Shown here: positions 20,246 through 29,682 of the stretch, piece by piece
How positions within the stretch are numbered: position 1 is the first letter of the stretch
Layout: each line of letters starts with the position of its first letter
From: Candidatus Aenigmatarchaeota archaeon
GTDB taxonomy: Archaea > Aenigmatarchaeota > Aenigmatarchaeia > CG10238-14 > SpSt-28
Assembly (NCBI GenBank): GCA_038733315.1
Contig: JAVYPJ010000001.1
Coordinates: forward strand, 333,020 to 397,019
Direction of reading: 5' to 3'
DNA length: 64,000 nucleotides
Notes under the pieces: generated by a model
Database searches by the model: none
What the model was told of the DNA's origin: nothing
Seen by the model: only the letters and a program-made list of their open reading frames with translations
Translations under genes and position numbers: made by a program

Positions 20246-20504
20246 AATAGTTTTTGAACTTTTCGTTAATTTTAATTAAGCCTAAATGAAGGCATGCATC
20301 TAAATAAGCCCAAGAAATTACTATGGCTTCGAAGGAATTTATATAATCACTCTTTTCATAGAAATATTTAGAATCTTCATAATACTTTTTTGCCATTTCT
20401 ATTATTTTATTTTCTTTAATTATTTCTAAATTTTTTAGAACTTCATCAATTATTTTAATATTCTTTTCAGAAAGTTTTTTTAGCTTTTCTTCTATTTTTT
20501 CCAT
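20235..20504 (-). CDS. DUF357 protein
   Basis: MAKKYYEDSKYF...NSF.....AYLDA..LG. Confidence 0.85.
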   Translation of the reverse strand: MEKIEEKLKKLSEKNIKIIDEVLKNLEIIKENKIIEMAKKYYEDSKYFYEKSDYINSFEAIVISWAYLDACLHLGLIKINEKFKNYFTF

Positions 20505-20506
20505 TT

Positions 20507-21274
20507 TTATATTTTTAAATCGAAAAAGTTTATAGCATTATTATCTAAGATTTCTTCTACAGTCTCTTTGCTTATTTTCTTTAGTTTTGCTATTTCCTCT
20601 ATGCAGATCTTTACATTTATCGGTTCGTTAATTTCCTTTCCTATTCCGCACCACGGAGAATCTGTTTCTGCAACTAAGTATTCTAGCGGTATTTCTTTTG
20701 CAACGTTTTGAATTGCTGGGTTTTTGTAAATTTGATTGTTAATGCTTATTAAATAACCCTCTTTAATTATTTCTTTTGCGAGTTTAATTTTTCCATCGAA
20801 AAAGTGAAATAAAGCTTTTTTAATATCTTCGTTAATAACAATTTTTAAAACTTCTTCTATAGCAAGCCTTGCGTGTAAGACTACAGGTTTCTTTAAATCT
20901 TTTGCCACTTCTAAAAATCTTTTAAATGTTTCTTTTGTTTTTTCTATTTTATTTTTTTCTTTTATCCAATAAAAATCTAGTCCAATTTCTCCTATTGCAA
21001 CTATTTTATCTTTATTTTGATGAATAAACTCTAAATATTCGTCTATTTCTTTTTCTGTAAGGTTAATTGCTTCTATTGGATGTAAGCCTAGAGAGCTAAA
21101 TATAAAGTTTTTATATTTTTCCGATAATTCAATTGAAGTTTTCGAATCTTCAAAATTCGATGTCGAATCTATTATCGCTTTCATAGAATTTTTATACTCT
21201 TCTATTTTGCTTATGAGTGGATTTTCTTTTCCGTTAAATTTTTTTATGCTTAAATGACAATGAACATCAATCAT
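20507..21274 (-). CDS. tatD: TatD-family nuclease
   Basis: IDVHCHL, GLHP, AIGEIGLD, VLHAR, ETDSPW. Confidence 0.95.
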   Translation of the reverse strand: MIDVHCHLSIKKFNGKENPLISKIEEYKNSMKAIIDSTSNFEDSKTSIELSEKYKNFIFSSLGLHPIEAINLTEKEIDEYLEFIHQNKDKIVAIGEIGLDFYWIKEKNKIEKTKETFKRFLEVAKDLKKPVVLHARLAIEEVLKIVINEDIKKALFHFFDGKIKLAKEIIKEGYLISINNQIYKNPAIQNVAKEIPLEYLVAETDSPWCGIGKEINEPINVKICIEEIAKLKKISKETVEEILDNNAINFFDLKI

Positions 21275-21313
21275 AAAAATTATCTTTTTAGCTTAACATA
21301 ATTTTATGACAAT

Positions 21314-21413
21314 GCCGGGGTGGCGGAGTGGCTTCACGCGGCGGGCTGCAGGGTTTTGCGATTTATGAGCGATGGAAACCCGCAGATCCCGGGTTCAAAT
21401 CCCGGCCCCGGCT
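21314..21413 (+). tRNA. tRNA-Cys(GCA) with 26-nt intron at 37/38 (21352-21377)
   Basis: GCGGG-CTGCAG/intron/A-CCCGC; U73 discriminator. Confidence 0.95.
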
Positions 21414-21614
21414 AGTTAATTTCTACTAAACCCATATGTGGAGTGTATAAGAAAGTTAAAAAGAAAAAAGTAGAAAAAAAGTTTTTTAGAATGGGCTTAG
21501 TAGGGATTAAAATAGTTGCTGTTTAATCTCTTAAAGTCTATATTGAAAGATTATTGACTCTCTATTATAGATTTGTTTGTAGTTTCTATAAATTTGTTCA
21601 AATGATTAAATTTT

Positions 21615-21815
21615 ATGAAGAAGATACGTAGCAATGAAGATATAAGAGAAATAGGAATAGCATTAATAACGGCAGTTATGGTTGTAGCTATAATAGGAAT
21701 AATGTTTACTAGGGATTATCTCAAAGTAGGAATATGTATTTTGGGTCTAATAGTAGTGGCATATATAGTTTATAAAATGGTATCTAAAATCTATAGTAGA
21801 ATCCGCTCAACTTAG
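21615..21815 (+). CDS. Small two-TM membrane protein
   Basis: 66 aa, two hydrophobic helices, basic C-tail; directly upstream of the KaiC-like gene. Confidence 0.7.
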   Translation: MKKIRSNEDIREIGIALITAVMVVAIIGIMFTRDYLKVGICILGLIVVAYIVYKMVSKIYSRIRST

Positions 21816-21846
21816 ATTTTTATGCTGTTTATATAATAATATTTTT

Positions 21847-22536
21847 ATGATAGAGAGGATTCCAACGGGAATTCCAGGATTAGATGAATTAATCGAAGGG
21901 GGAATTCCTAAGGGATTTCAAATTTTGGTTGCTGGAGAAGCTGGTGCGGGAAAAACAATTTTTTCTTGTCAGTTTGCTTATAATAAAGCAAAGGAAGGGT
22001 TAAAAACATATTATATGACTATAGAAGAGAGTGAAAAGAGTATAATAAAAGGTATGTCAAGATTCACATGGGGTAAAGAGTTCGAGGATTTTGTTAAATC
22101 CGAACATATTATAATCGAAAGAACTATTCCACTAAGTATAGAGGATATAACAAGAAAAGTCTTAAGCGCGTATGATAAATACAAGTTTAAAATATTTATT
22201 TTAGATACTTTAACAGCTGCGGCAATGGGTTGGAAGGAATTACAAGATTTACCCAAGCTAAGAAGAAACATTTTTAGTTTGATAGATATATTAAGGCAGT
22301 ATGAAATAACATCATTAATGTTAAGTGAAATAGAAGAGGGAAGGCTTTATAAATATGGGTTTGAAGGCTATCTAATGGACGGTGTAATAGTTCTAAGATA
22401 TCTAGAATTTATAAGTACTGGAATACCCAGAGCGCTGCAAATTCTAAAAATGAGAGGTACAAAACATATAGAACAGGTTTGTCCAATCGAAATAGATAAT
22501 AGTGGCATAAAAATAACAAAACCCGGCTTGGTTTAA
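21847..22536 (+). CDS. Single-domain KaiC/RAD55-family ATPase
   Basis: RIPTGIPGLDELIEGG, GEAGAGKT, IEE, ILDT, DGVIVL, ILKMRG. Confidence 0.93.
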   Translation: MIERIPTGIPGLDELIEGGIPKGFQILVAGEAGAGKTIFSCQFAYNKAKEGLKTYYMTIEESEKSIIKGMSRFTWGKEFEDFVKSEHIIIERTIPLSIEDITRKVLSAYDKYKFKIFILDTLTAAAMGWKELQDLPKLRRNIFSLIDILRQYEITSLMLSEIEEGRLYKYGFEGYLMDGVIVLRYLEFISTGIPRALQILKMRGTKHIEQVCPIEIDNSGIKITKPGLV

Positions 22537-22591
22537 ATACAGATTTAAATCAACTCGATTTTAAAATATTTAATATTTTTATTATAATTTA

Positions 22592-23185
22592 ATGAGTGAG
22601 AAAGAAAAAAATTTTTTATCCTCCTTTTTTTGCGAAAGCGATTCTCAGGAGATTAGAAATTTGTGCAAGAGTATAGTTCTTTCTAAAAGAGATAAGGAAC
22701 CAATAGAAGCTATTTTTTTATGGGTTAGGGATAATATAGAGTACACTATAGAGCCGAAGTTTGTTAGCGCTAAAGGTTATATAAGAAAAAAAACTAAAAA
22801 AGGTAATTGCTTTAATAAAAATAATCTTTTTATTGCATTATGCAGAAGTATCGGTATCCCTGCGAGATATGCTATAACTAAGTTAATTTTTACTATAAAA
22901 GACATCAATAAAAAATTTGTCATTCCGCATATGGTTGCTGAAATATTTTATAACAATCGTTGGGAGATTTATGATACGAGTTTTGGTAAGAAATCGTCTG
23001 AATTTAGAACCAGATATATTAGTGTTTTTAGGGGTTTGAATGCTAGAGTACTTCTAAGATTCTGGAAAGTGAATATTTTTATACTAATTTTCATGTTTTT
23101 ATTTTCTAAAATTTCTCCAAATATTAGAAGACTAAAACGTTATTTAAAAATAGTTCCTGAAGTTAATATTACACTATCCGAATAA
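22592..23185 (+). CDS. Transglutaminase-like (Cys-His-Asp) protein
   Basis: WVRDNIEY, GNC, CRSIGIPAR, HMVAE, WEIYD. Confidence 0.88.
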   Translation: MSEKEKNFLSSFFCESDSQEIRNLCKSIVLSKRDKEPIEAIFLWVRDNIEYTIEPKFVSAKGYIRKKTKKGNCFNKNNLFIALCRSIGIPARYAITKLIFTIKDINKKFVIPHMVAEIFYNNRWEIYDTSFGKKSSEFRTRYISVFRGLNARVLLRFWKVNIFILIFMFLFSKISPNIRRLKRYLKIVPEVNITLSE

Positions 23186-23895
23186 TAGGTAGATTTACTA
23201 TTTATGTTCGAAAAACCATACTTTTTTAGTAAATTTTCCACTTCTTCCCTAGTGTGTAGGTGGGTATTTAATCCTATCTTCATCGGTATATTTAGAAATA
23301 AAATAGAGGCAAAAATTATAGAATATTTAAATTTTTCTCTTATTGTTTTTAAGTTTTCTATCAATTCCTTATGCATTTTTGAAATAAGATCCTTATCTAA
23401 TTTTATTTCTCCATCTGGATAAACAAGGGCTATTTTTCCAGAATTTTTAAGAACCCTTCTACTTTCTCTTATGAAGTTCTCTAGAGTTTGATCATCTAGA
23501 TACATAATAAAATTTATTGCTGAAATGCCATCGAACATGTTATCGTGATATGGTAGTTTTTCTCTGAAATAATATTTTATAACGTCTACTCTGTCTATAC
23601 AATTATTCTTTTCTGCTTTTTTTCTTACCAATTCTAACCCTTTTTCTGATAAATCGAAACCGTAAAATTTAATATTATTCCTATTTTGACCAAGAGCGTA
23701 AATAATAAAATTCCCGCTTCCGCAACCGGCATCTAGAAAGTTTCCTGATGTAAATTTTTCAATTTTCAGAGCGTTATAAGTATCGCGTAGCATTTTTTCA
23801 TATTCAGGGTGTTTAGACATAAAATCATAAAAAGGTAGATATATATTCCAAAACAGTTGTTTGGTTAAATCTTTTATAGAAAAAACCTGTGTCAT
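23140..23895 (-). CDS. Class I SAM-dependent methyltransferase
   Basis: LDAGCGSG, GFDLS, LPY.D..FD, RVLK..G. Confidence 0.9.
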   Translation of the reverse strand: MTQVFSIKDLTKQLFWNIYLPFYDFMSKHPEYEKMLRDTYNALKIEKFTSGNFLDAGCGSGNFIIYALGQNRNNIKFYGFDLSEKGLELVRKKAEKNNCIDRVDVIKYYFREKLPYHDNMFDGISAINFIMYLDDQTLENFIRESRRVLKNSGKIALVYPDGEIKLDKDLISKMHKELIENLKTIREKFKYSIIFASILFLNIPMKIGLNTHLHTREEVENLLKKYGFSNINSKSTYYSDSVILTSGTIFK

Positions 23896-25409
23896 ATTTG
23901 GTATAGCTCTCTTTCTAATTGTCTTTTAATTTTTTCATACTGATCAATTCTAATTGTGTTATGCGGTTTATGATGTGAAAGTGGATAAACTATATCTTTT
24001 AACACATTTGGGGGTAGTCTTTCTACCTCTATTGTTCTTAAGGATTTGAACATTGGATTCATAAAATCGTATAATCTGTCTTCTATTTCTATAATTTCTT
24101 CATCGTTAACATTGTCTGGTAACAGAACTATAATTCTATCGTTTTTGTTATCATGGTTTTCAGCAACTTCAGGAATTACTATACAATAATCATATCCGAA
24201 ATAATGTCTTAGAATCTCCTCTGCGATATCTAAATTGAAGGAATACTCTCTCACCTTTACTGTTCTTTCATCGCTCTTTCTTCTGATATCATAAGAGAGT
24301 GTTGGAAAGGGTATTTTCATTTCTATGCCGTTATATATAGTTTCGGTTTCATAGCTTATTAATTTCGTAATATCACCCACAGGATAGTCTATTAGTGCGG
24401 TTCCTTCGAATGGGGCCGTTACTCTGATTTCTCCTTCTTCACCCTCGCTAACGTTATTCCCATATTTATCTACTACTCTAACATGTACAAATGTTTCTCT
24501 TACTACTAGGCCATCTGTCGGTGGAATACGTCTATTTTCGCTTGACATTACACCATTTGCTATAAAGGCGAATGGACATACCTCTTGCGCTCCATATAGA
24601 TTAGCAAATATTCTGGCCCCAATGCTATGTGCTTCTTCTACAGACTTTTTTGATGGTTTATAACCACCGACGCTGATAAGTTCTAATTTATTATATCTTA
24701 GACCATTTTCTGTCATAAATTTTGCTATATCATGAAGTATTGCTGGAGTAGTTTGTATGGCATCTACTTTATCGATAGTTTCTATAACATAGTCTGCTAA
24801 TCTGCCCCCAATAGGTTCTCCATAACATAATAATCTTATGGGTATTCCACGCTTGAGCGAGAACGCTGGAATGGAAACTGCTGGATATAGACCAGAACCA
24901 GAAGGCATTCCGTATAAATGTGCAAGATCGGCGATAGTAGGTGTTTCTATATCTTTAAAAACTGTCTTTATGCTTGGATATAAAATCTTATTAAAAAACT
25001 CTTCAATATCTCTCGCTGTATATGCAACAGTTTTTCGTTTAAATATTTTTGGAAATTCTTTAAGGTCGTACCTCCCTCTAATCTTTTCTATTGAAGTATA
25101 TCCTGATGAGGACTGAACCCATATTCTGTACTTAGGATCTACCATGCTTAAATGTTGAGAAAAGTTCTTACCCATTAGATCATTTGGTTTTGGAGAAATT
25201 ACCGATCCATATTTTTCTAGAAATCTATCTAATTTTTCAATGGTGTTTATTTGTTTAACTTCCCAAATATCTATATCGTTTTCCTTTAATTTTTTTCGAT
25301 AAAATGGTATTTGAAGTGCATTTCTAGCTCTCTTCGCAATTTTATTTCTCTCTCTTTCAATATATAATTTTCCTACTCCGTTATAAATTAGTTGTTTAAT
25401 GTTTATCAT
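23892..25409 (-). CDS. Phenylacetate-CoA-ligase (PaaK)-like adenylate-forming enzyme
   Basis: IPFYRKKL, QSSSGYTS P-loop, NLYGAQEV, GEEGEIRVT, DYPVGD. Confidence 0.8.
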   Translation of the reverse strand: MINIKQLIYNGVGKLYIERERNKIAKRARNALQIPFYRKKLKENDIDIWEVKQINTIEKLDRFLEKYGSVISPKPNDLMGKNFSQHLSMVDPKYRIWVQSSSGYTSIEKIRGRYDLKEFPKIFKRKTVAYTARDIEEFFNKILYPSIKTVFKDIETPTIADLAHLYGMPSGSGLYPAVSIPAFSLKRGIPIRLLCYGEPIGGRLADYVIETIDKVDAIQTTPAILHDIAKFMTENGLRYNKLELISVGGYKPSKKSVEEAHSIGARIFANLYGAQEVCPFAFIANGVMSSENRRIPPTDGLVVRETFVHVRVVDKYGNNVSEGEEGEIRVTAPFEGTALIDYPVGDITKLISYETETIYNGIEMKIPFPTLSYDIRRKSDERTVKVREYSFNLDIAEEILRHYFGYDYCIVIPEVAENHDNKNDRIIVLLPDNVNDEEIIEIEDRLYDFMNPMFKSLRTIEVERLPPNVLKDIVYPLSHHKPHNTIRIDQYEKIKRQLERELYQI

Positions 25410-25418
25410 ATTTTTAAA

Positions 25419-25973
25419 TTAAATAATAGCTACCTTAAATTCTTCGACTTCATCGCCTTTAGAGTGACATCTTATCTCTTCTACTATAACCTCTCTGTTA
25501 GTAAATAACTTTGCCCATACATATAAATTTACTTTATAGAGTATACAAACTCTCGACTTACCATTGAAGACATTTTTAGAGAATTCTAAGATGGGAGAGT
25601 TTTTTATTATGACATCTAAGATAATATTTCCAGATTTTTCATCTCTAAAAACGTTCTTAATCTCGACCTTGCCTAGTCCGTATATATCCAGGAAAGATTC
25701 TAGATTTTTTAAAGGTTTTATATCTTGTAGGTCTTCAATGGTTGGAATATTAAATATTTTAAATACCTTTTCCATAGCAATTTTACAGGCTTCTAACAAT
25801 ATCTTTTCGGTCTTTTCTTCTCCTATTTCCTCAATAACTTTTTGATAAAGATACGCGAGAGAATCCGCTTCTACAAAGACAATGTTGTATTTACCCATTA
25901 CTGATATTCTACCGTTTTCTATGCTTAGTGCTCCAGCAAGCATCATTCTTTTGAAAAAATCTGATATTGCCAT
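25419..25973 (-). CDS. V4R-domain small-molecule-binding protein
   Basis: YGLGKVEI, IKNSP, RVC, EIRCHSKGD...F. Confidence 0.85.
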   Translation of the reverse strand: MAISDFFKRMMLAGALSIENGRISVMGKYNIVFVEADSLAYLYQKVIEEIGEEKTEKILLEACKIAMEKVFKIFNIPTIEDLQDIKPLKNLESFLDIYGLGKVEIKNVFRDEKSGNIILDVIIKNSPILEFSKNVFNGKSRVCILYKVNLYVWAKLFTNREVIVEEIRCHSKGDEVEEFKVAII

Positions 25974-26141
25974 CTTTCTATAAAAAATTATTATAGAGAT
26001 TAATATATAAATACTTTTCTGTATGTGGTGAAAATTGTGATCACGTTTTTTACTATTAACGAGGAATTATCATAATTTATATAGATTTCGACACATCGGG
26101 AATATTATTTTAAATAATAATTATATTATTACCTAATAATT

Positions 26142-27443
26142 ATGATAAAAGAAAATTATTTACATCCCTTTAAAGGTTTGAGAGATTTTCCTTCAGAAAT
26201 TGAAATTTTGAGAAAAAATATTTTTCAAAAAATAGAAAGAATTTTTCAAAGATATGGTTTCGATCCAATAGAAACTCCGATAGTTGAAAAATGGGAAGTT
26301 TTAAAAGGAAAATATAGTGAAGATGTTGAGGATAAACTAATTTGGAGATTTAAGCTACCATATAGCGAAAAAGAATTTGGATTAAGATACGATTTGACAA
26401 TTCCTTTAGCTAGATTTTATTCAAGGTTCAAGCCAAAGCTACCCTTTAAAAGGTATCAAATTGGAAGAGTTTTTAGGTATGAAGAGCCACAAAAAGGGAG
26501 ATATAGAGAATTTTGGCAATGCGATTTCGATATTTTGGGTTCGAGAAGTTTTTTAGCTGATGTAGAGATTCTAAATGTTGTTATTGATGTTTTTAAAGAA
26601 TTTAATTTTAAAGATTTTTTAATTAAAATTAACGATAGAAATTTATTAGCTTTTATTTTTGAAAAGAAAACAGGGATAGAAAAAGAAAAAATAATTAAAG
26701 TTTATAGAATTATTGACAAACTAGATAAAATAGGAAAAGAAAATGTATTAAAAGAATTAGAGAGGGAATTAAACAAAAAACAATTAAATGAGATTGAAAA
26801 AATCATAGATATCTCTGAAATGCAAAACGAAGAAATTTTTATAGAATTGGAAAAGATTAGTTCAAAAGAGTTAAGCGAATATATTGAAAATTTAAAAAAT
26901 ATAATAGATTTTGTAAAGGAAAAAAATAAAATAAAAGTAGATTTATCCTTAGTAAGAGGTTTAGATTATTATACTTCAACAATTTTTGAAGCTATAGTTA
27001 AAAAACCAAGAATTGGAAGTTTAGCTGGTGGTGGGAGATATGATAATTTAATTTCTAAATTTATAAATCAAAACGTTCCGGCTGTTGGTGGGAGTATAGG
27101 GATTGAAAGATTAATAGATGCTGGAATAGAATTGGGCTTGTTTAATCTTAATGAAAAAACATACTGTAAAGTTGGAGTAATTTTTACTAAGGAAGTTGAT
27201 ATCAAAAAAGTTTTAGAGATAGTAAATAGGCTAAGAGAAAATGACATAAATACGTTTATGTATTTTACTGCCTTTAAAAATATTGTTGAAGGAATAAAGG
27301 AATTAGATAAAAGAGGGATTAAGTATGCAATAATAGTAGGAAGTAGAGAGATAGCTGAAAACAAGTTTACACTTCAGAACTTAAAAACAAGAGAAAGATA
27401 TACATTAAGCATAGAAGAAATAATAAATAAGTTAAAGAGTTAG
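26142..27443 (+). CDS. hisS: Histidyl-tRNA synthetase
   Basis: KGLRDF, LRYDLT, QKGRYREF.QCDFD, RGLDYYT, GGGRYD. Confidence 0.98.
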   Translation: MIKENYLHPFKGLRDFPSEIEILRKNIFQKIERIFQRYGFDPIETPIVEKWEVLKGKYSEDVEDKLIWRFKLPYSEKEFGLRYDLTIPLARFYSRFKPKLPFKRYQIGRVFRYEEPQKGRYREFWQCDFDILGSRSFLADVEILNVVIDVFKEFNFKDFLIKINDRNLLAFIFEKKTGIEKEKIIKVYRIIDKLDKIGKENVLKELERELNKKQLNEIEKIIDISEMQNEEIFIELEKISSKELSEYIENLKNIIDFVKEKNKIKVDLSLVRGLDYYTSTIFEAIVKKPRIGSLAGGGRYDNLISKFINQNVPAVGGSIGIERLIDAGIELGLFNLNEKTYCKVGVIFTKEVDIKKVLEIVNRLRENDINTFMYFTAFKNIVEGIKELDKRGIKYAIIVGSREIAENKFTLQNLKTRERYTLSIEEIINKLKS

Positions 27444-28438
27444 TTGTGCTCTGTAATAATAATTTCTTTCAAGTTTGGCGGGATTACTAGTTTTGGATTT
27501 CTAATCGAATATCTTATCATTACTAATCTCTTTTTAGGACCAGGAATACTTCCTTGAATTAATATATAATCACCTCTAACAACTCCATAGTGAGAGAATC
27601 CACCTTTTGGAGTAACTTCATTTCCATTAGAGGAAATCTTTAATATTCTTTTGTTTAATTCTGTTCTTCTTTGAAAACCCAATTGACCTCTGCTAGGAAT
27701 TTTTCCTGGCAGTACTCTTCCTTCACCTTGAGAACCCAAGGAACCGACATGCCTAATTTTTTGTTTTGCCTTTCTTCTTTGCTCTTTTATGCCAAATCTC
27801 TTTACTGGTCCAGCGGTTCCTTTTCCTTTTGTAACAGCTATAACATCTACAAACTGCCCCTCTTTGAATATTTCGCTAGCTTTTATTTCTTTTCCAAGAA
27901 CGCTCATTGCATATTTTATAGCATCTTCTATTTTTCCTCCAACTTCTATTTCAAAAACTTCTGGCTTTTTCTTTTTAATTCCCGCAAGCCATGGTTGTGT
28001 ACAAACAACCAATCTAACTTTTTTTATTTTAGTTTTATTTAGCTCTTCAAATTTTTTAATTGCTTTATCATAATTACTCTTAATATTTGTTATTTTTCTT
28101 TTTAGATTTTTTGGTATTTCTTCGTCTTTTGCATATATATCTAATAGACTTTTATAACCTTTTGTAGTTAATTCATAAAATCTTACTCCAATAACTTTTA
28201 GAGGTGGAACTTCAATAACTGTTGCAGGTACAAAGTATTCCTCTTCAATTTCCTTTTTCAAGACCTTTCTTTTTCTAAGTTCTATTATATGAACCATACC
28301 AGCTTTATAGCCGGCGAAAGCTAATGGTATAGCTTTATCGTATTGGGGATATGTTTTAATAACTGGATAAATCCTTTTAGCTCTTTTTCTTGGCCAAAAG
28401 GCTCTACTTCCTGCTAATGGCTTCGAATCTTTAACCAT
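27440..28438 (-). CDS. rpl3: 50S ribosomal protein uL3
   Basis: PRKRA, AGYKAGM, DVIAVTKGKG..GPVKRFG, GQLGFQRRTE, GSIPGP. Confidence 0.98.
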   Translation of the reverse strand: MVKDSKPLAGSRAFWPRKRAKRIYPVIKTYPQYDKAIPLAFAGYKAGMVHIIELRKRKVLKKEIEEEYFVPATVIEVPPLKVIGVRFYELTTKGYKSLLDIYAKDEEIPKNLKRKITNIKSNYDKAIKKFEELNKTKIKKVRLVVCTQPWLAGIKKKKPEVFEIEVGGKIEDAIKYAMSVLGKEIKASEIFKEGQFVDVIAVTKGKGTAGPVKRFGIKEQRRKAKQKIRHVGSLGSQGEGRVLPGKIPSRGQLGFQRRTELNKRILKISSNGNEVTPKGGFSHYGVVRGDYILIQGSIPGPKKRLVMIRYSIRNPKLVIPPNLKEIIITEHN

Positions 28439-28475
28439 AAATTATATGTTTAAATTATTTATGTTTTAGATAAAA

Positions 28476-28525
28476 TCTGTACCTAGCCTATTTCTTCATT
28501 GTTCAGCTGACCGTCGTTTCTTCAT
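28476..28525 (-). ncRNA. Box C/D guide sRNA
   Basis: ATGAAGA-AACGACGGTCAG-CTGA-ACA-ATGAAGA-AATAGGCTAGGTA-CAGA; canonical spacing, intergenic. Confidence 0.85.
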
Positions 28526-28534
28526 TATATAAAA

Positions 28535-29104
28535 TTATATTAGAGATTTAATTATTAAATCTATTTTTTCATAAAAATCTTTTAAAGATGAATTATTTTC
28601 TATAATAAAATTCGAATTTTCTTCAATTTTGTCTAATCCAAGGTTTTTAATATCTTCTTTATCTCTTTTTAGGAATTCCTCGAAAGAAAGGTTGAAGAAT
28701 TTATCTTGCTGTTTTCTTCTTTCATACCTTATTTTTGCATCAGATTTAATAAAAATTAGCCAAAAATTTTTGTTAAACTCTTTTTTAAAAACTTCTACTT
28801 CAATAACATTTCTAAAACCATCAACAGTTACTCTATCTATATTTTCTTTCTTAATTTTTTCAGCAATTTTTATTGCAAAATAATCTTCTCTTCCATATTT
28901 TTCTCGTATTGTTTTTCCAATTTCACTTAACCTTCTTTTCTTTTCTTCTAAACTCAATTTTTCTTGAATTAGATTTAGTTTTTTTGCTTCCTCTTCAATC
29001 TCTCTAGAAAATTCAAAAGTTTCGAACCCATATTTATTTTTTAAGTATTTCGCCGCTTCGCTTTTACCGCTAGCCGCGTATCCTGAAAGACCAATTATCA
29101 GCAT
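28535..29104 (-). CDS. P-loop nucleotide kinase (dephospho-CoA-kinase-like, COG0237)
   Basis: IIGLSGYAASGKS, VDGFR, RYER, IIENN. Confidence 0.8.
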   Translation of the reverse strand: MLIIGLSGYAASGKSEAAKYLKNKYGFETFEFSREIEEEAKKLNLIQEKLSLEEKKRRLSEIGKTIREKYGREDYFAIKIAEKIKKENIDRVTVDGFRNVIEVEVFKKEFNKNFWLIFIKSDAKIRYERRKQQDKFFNLSFEEFLKRDKEDIKNLGLDKIEENSNFIIENNSSLKDFYEKIDLIIKSLI

Positions 29105-29121
29105 AAATATTTTTTATGATT

Positions 29122-29433
29122 TCAAGATAGTAGTTCGTGGAGTTTAAATAAGAACTTATGAACTTCTGAGTATTCTTTTCCAATAGTTGCAAAAACTCCT
29201 AGTAAATCATTTATTCTTTTTCTTTCTATTTCCTTAATTTTTCTGTATATGTATTTTGTGTATGGTGTCATTAAATTATTTTTTTCTTCAATTCTTTCTA
29301 ATCTTAAAAACATCTCCTCCATACTAGATAAAAATACAGAAGTTTTATATTTATACGGTATTTGTGAATATAACTCTTCTAAAGAATTTTTTGCGTATGA
29401 GATGGTTTTTCGCAACGGAAAAATAATAGACAT
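29122..29433 (-). CDS. Hypothetical protein
   Basis: 103-aa ORF with ATG; no recognised motif. Confidence 0.5.
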   Translation of the reverse strand: MSIIFPLRKTISYAKNSLEELYSQIPYKYKTSVFLSSMEEMFLRLERIEEKNNLMTPYTKYIYRKIKEIERKRINDLLGVFATIGKEYSEVHKFLFKLHELLS

Positions 29434-29659
29434 GGATTATAGTAAGAACAAAAATAAAAATCAAATAAAGATAAGGTTAAGAGGGATTGATGAGAGGGGT
29501 TTAGAATGTGTTGTAAATAATTTATTAGATGAGTTTAAAAACAAATTGGGAAAGCTAAAAACTAAGGTTTATGTGACGAGTAGAAGCACGTTAAATACGA
29601 GTATAGCTATGGAAGAAATTGTTACTCTTAGAGAGTTTAAGAAAAGGTATTTAGCATAA
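29432..29659 (+). CDS. Hypothetical 75-aa protein (MDYSKNK...)
   Basis: In-frame ATG at 29432 within ORF 29249-29659; fills the space before adk. Confidence 0.5.
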   Translation: MDYSKNKNKNQIKIRLRGIDERGLECVVNNLLDEFKNKLGKLKTKVYVTSRSTLNTSIAMEEIVTLREFKKRYLA

Positions 29660-29682
29660 ATATTTTGTTTAGAAATAGAATT

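Noticed and set aside
26086..26095. 10-nt complement (ATTTCGACAC) of part of the tRNA-Ser(TGA) intron upstream of hisS
   Set aside because: A single 10-mer match in 64 kb on either strand is compatible with chance.
21314..26141. Integrated mobile element at tRNA-Cys
   Set aside because: No integrase and no duplicated tRNA 3' end (att site) seen at the far side of the island.
29432..29659. Resemblance to ribosomal protein uS10 (IKIRLRGID...L)
   Set aside because: It lacks the GPxPLPT and HKR motifs; similarity is limited to a few residues.
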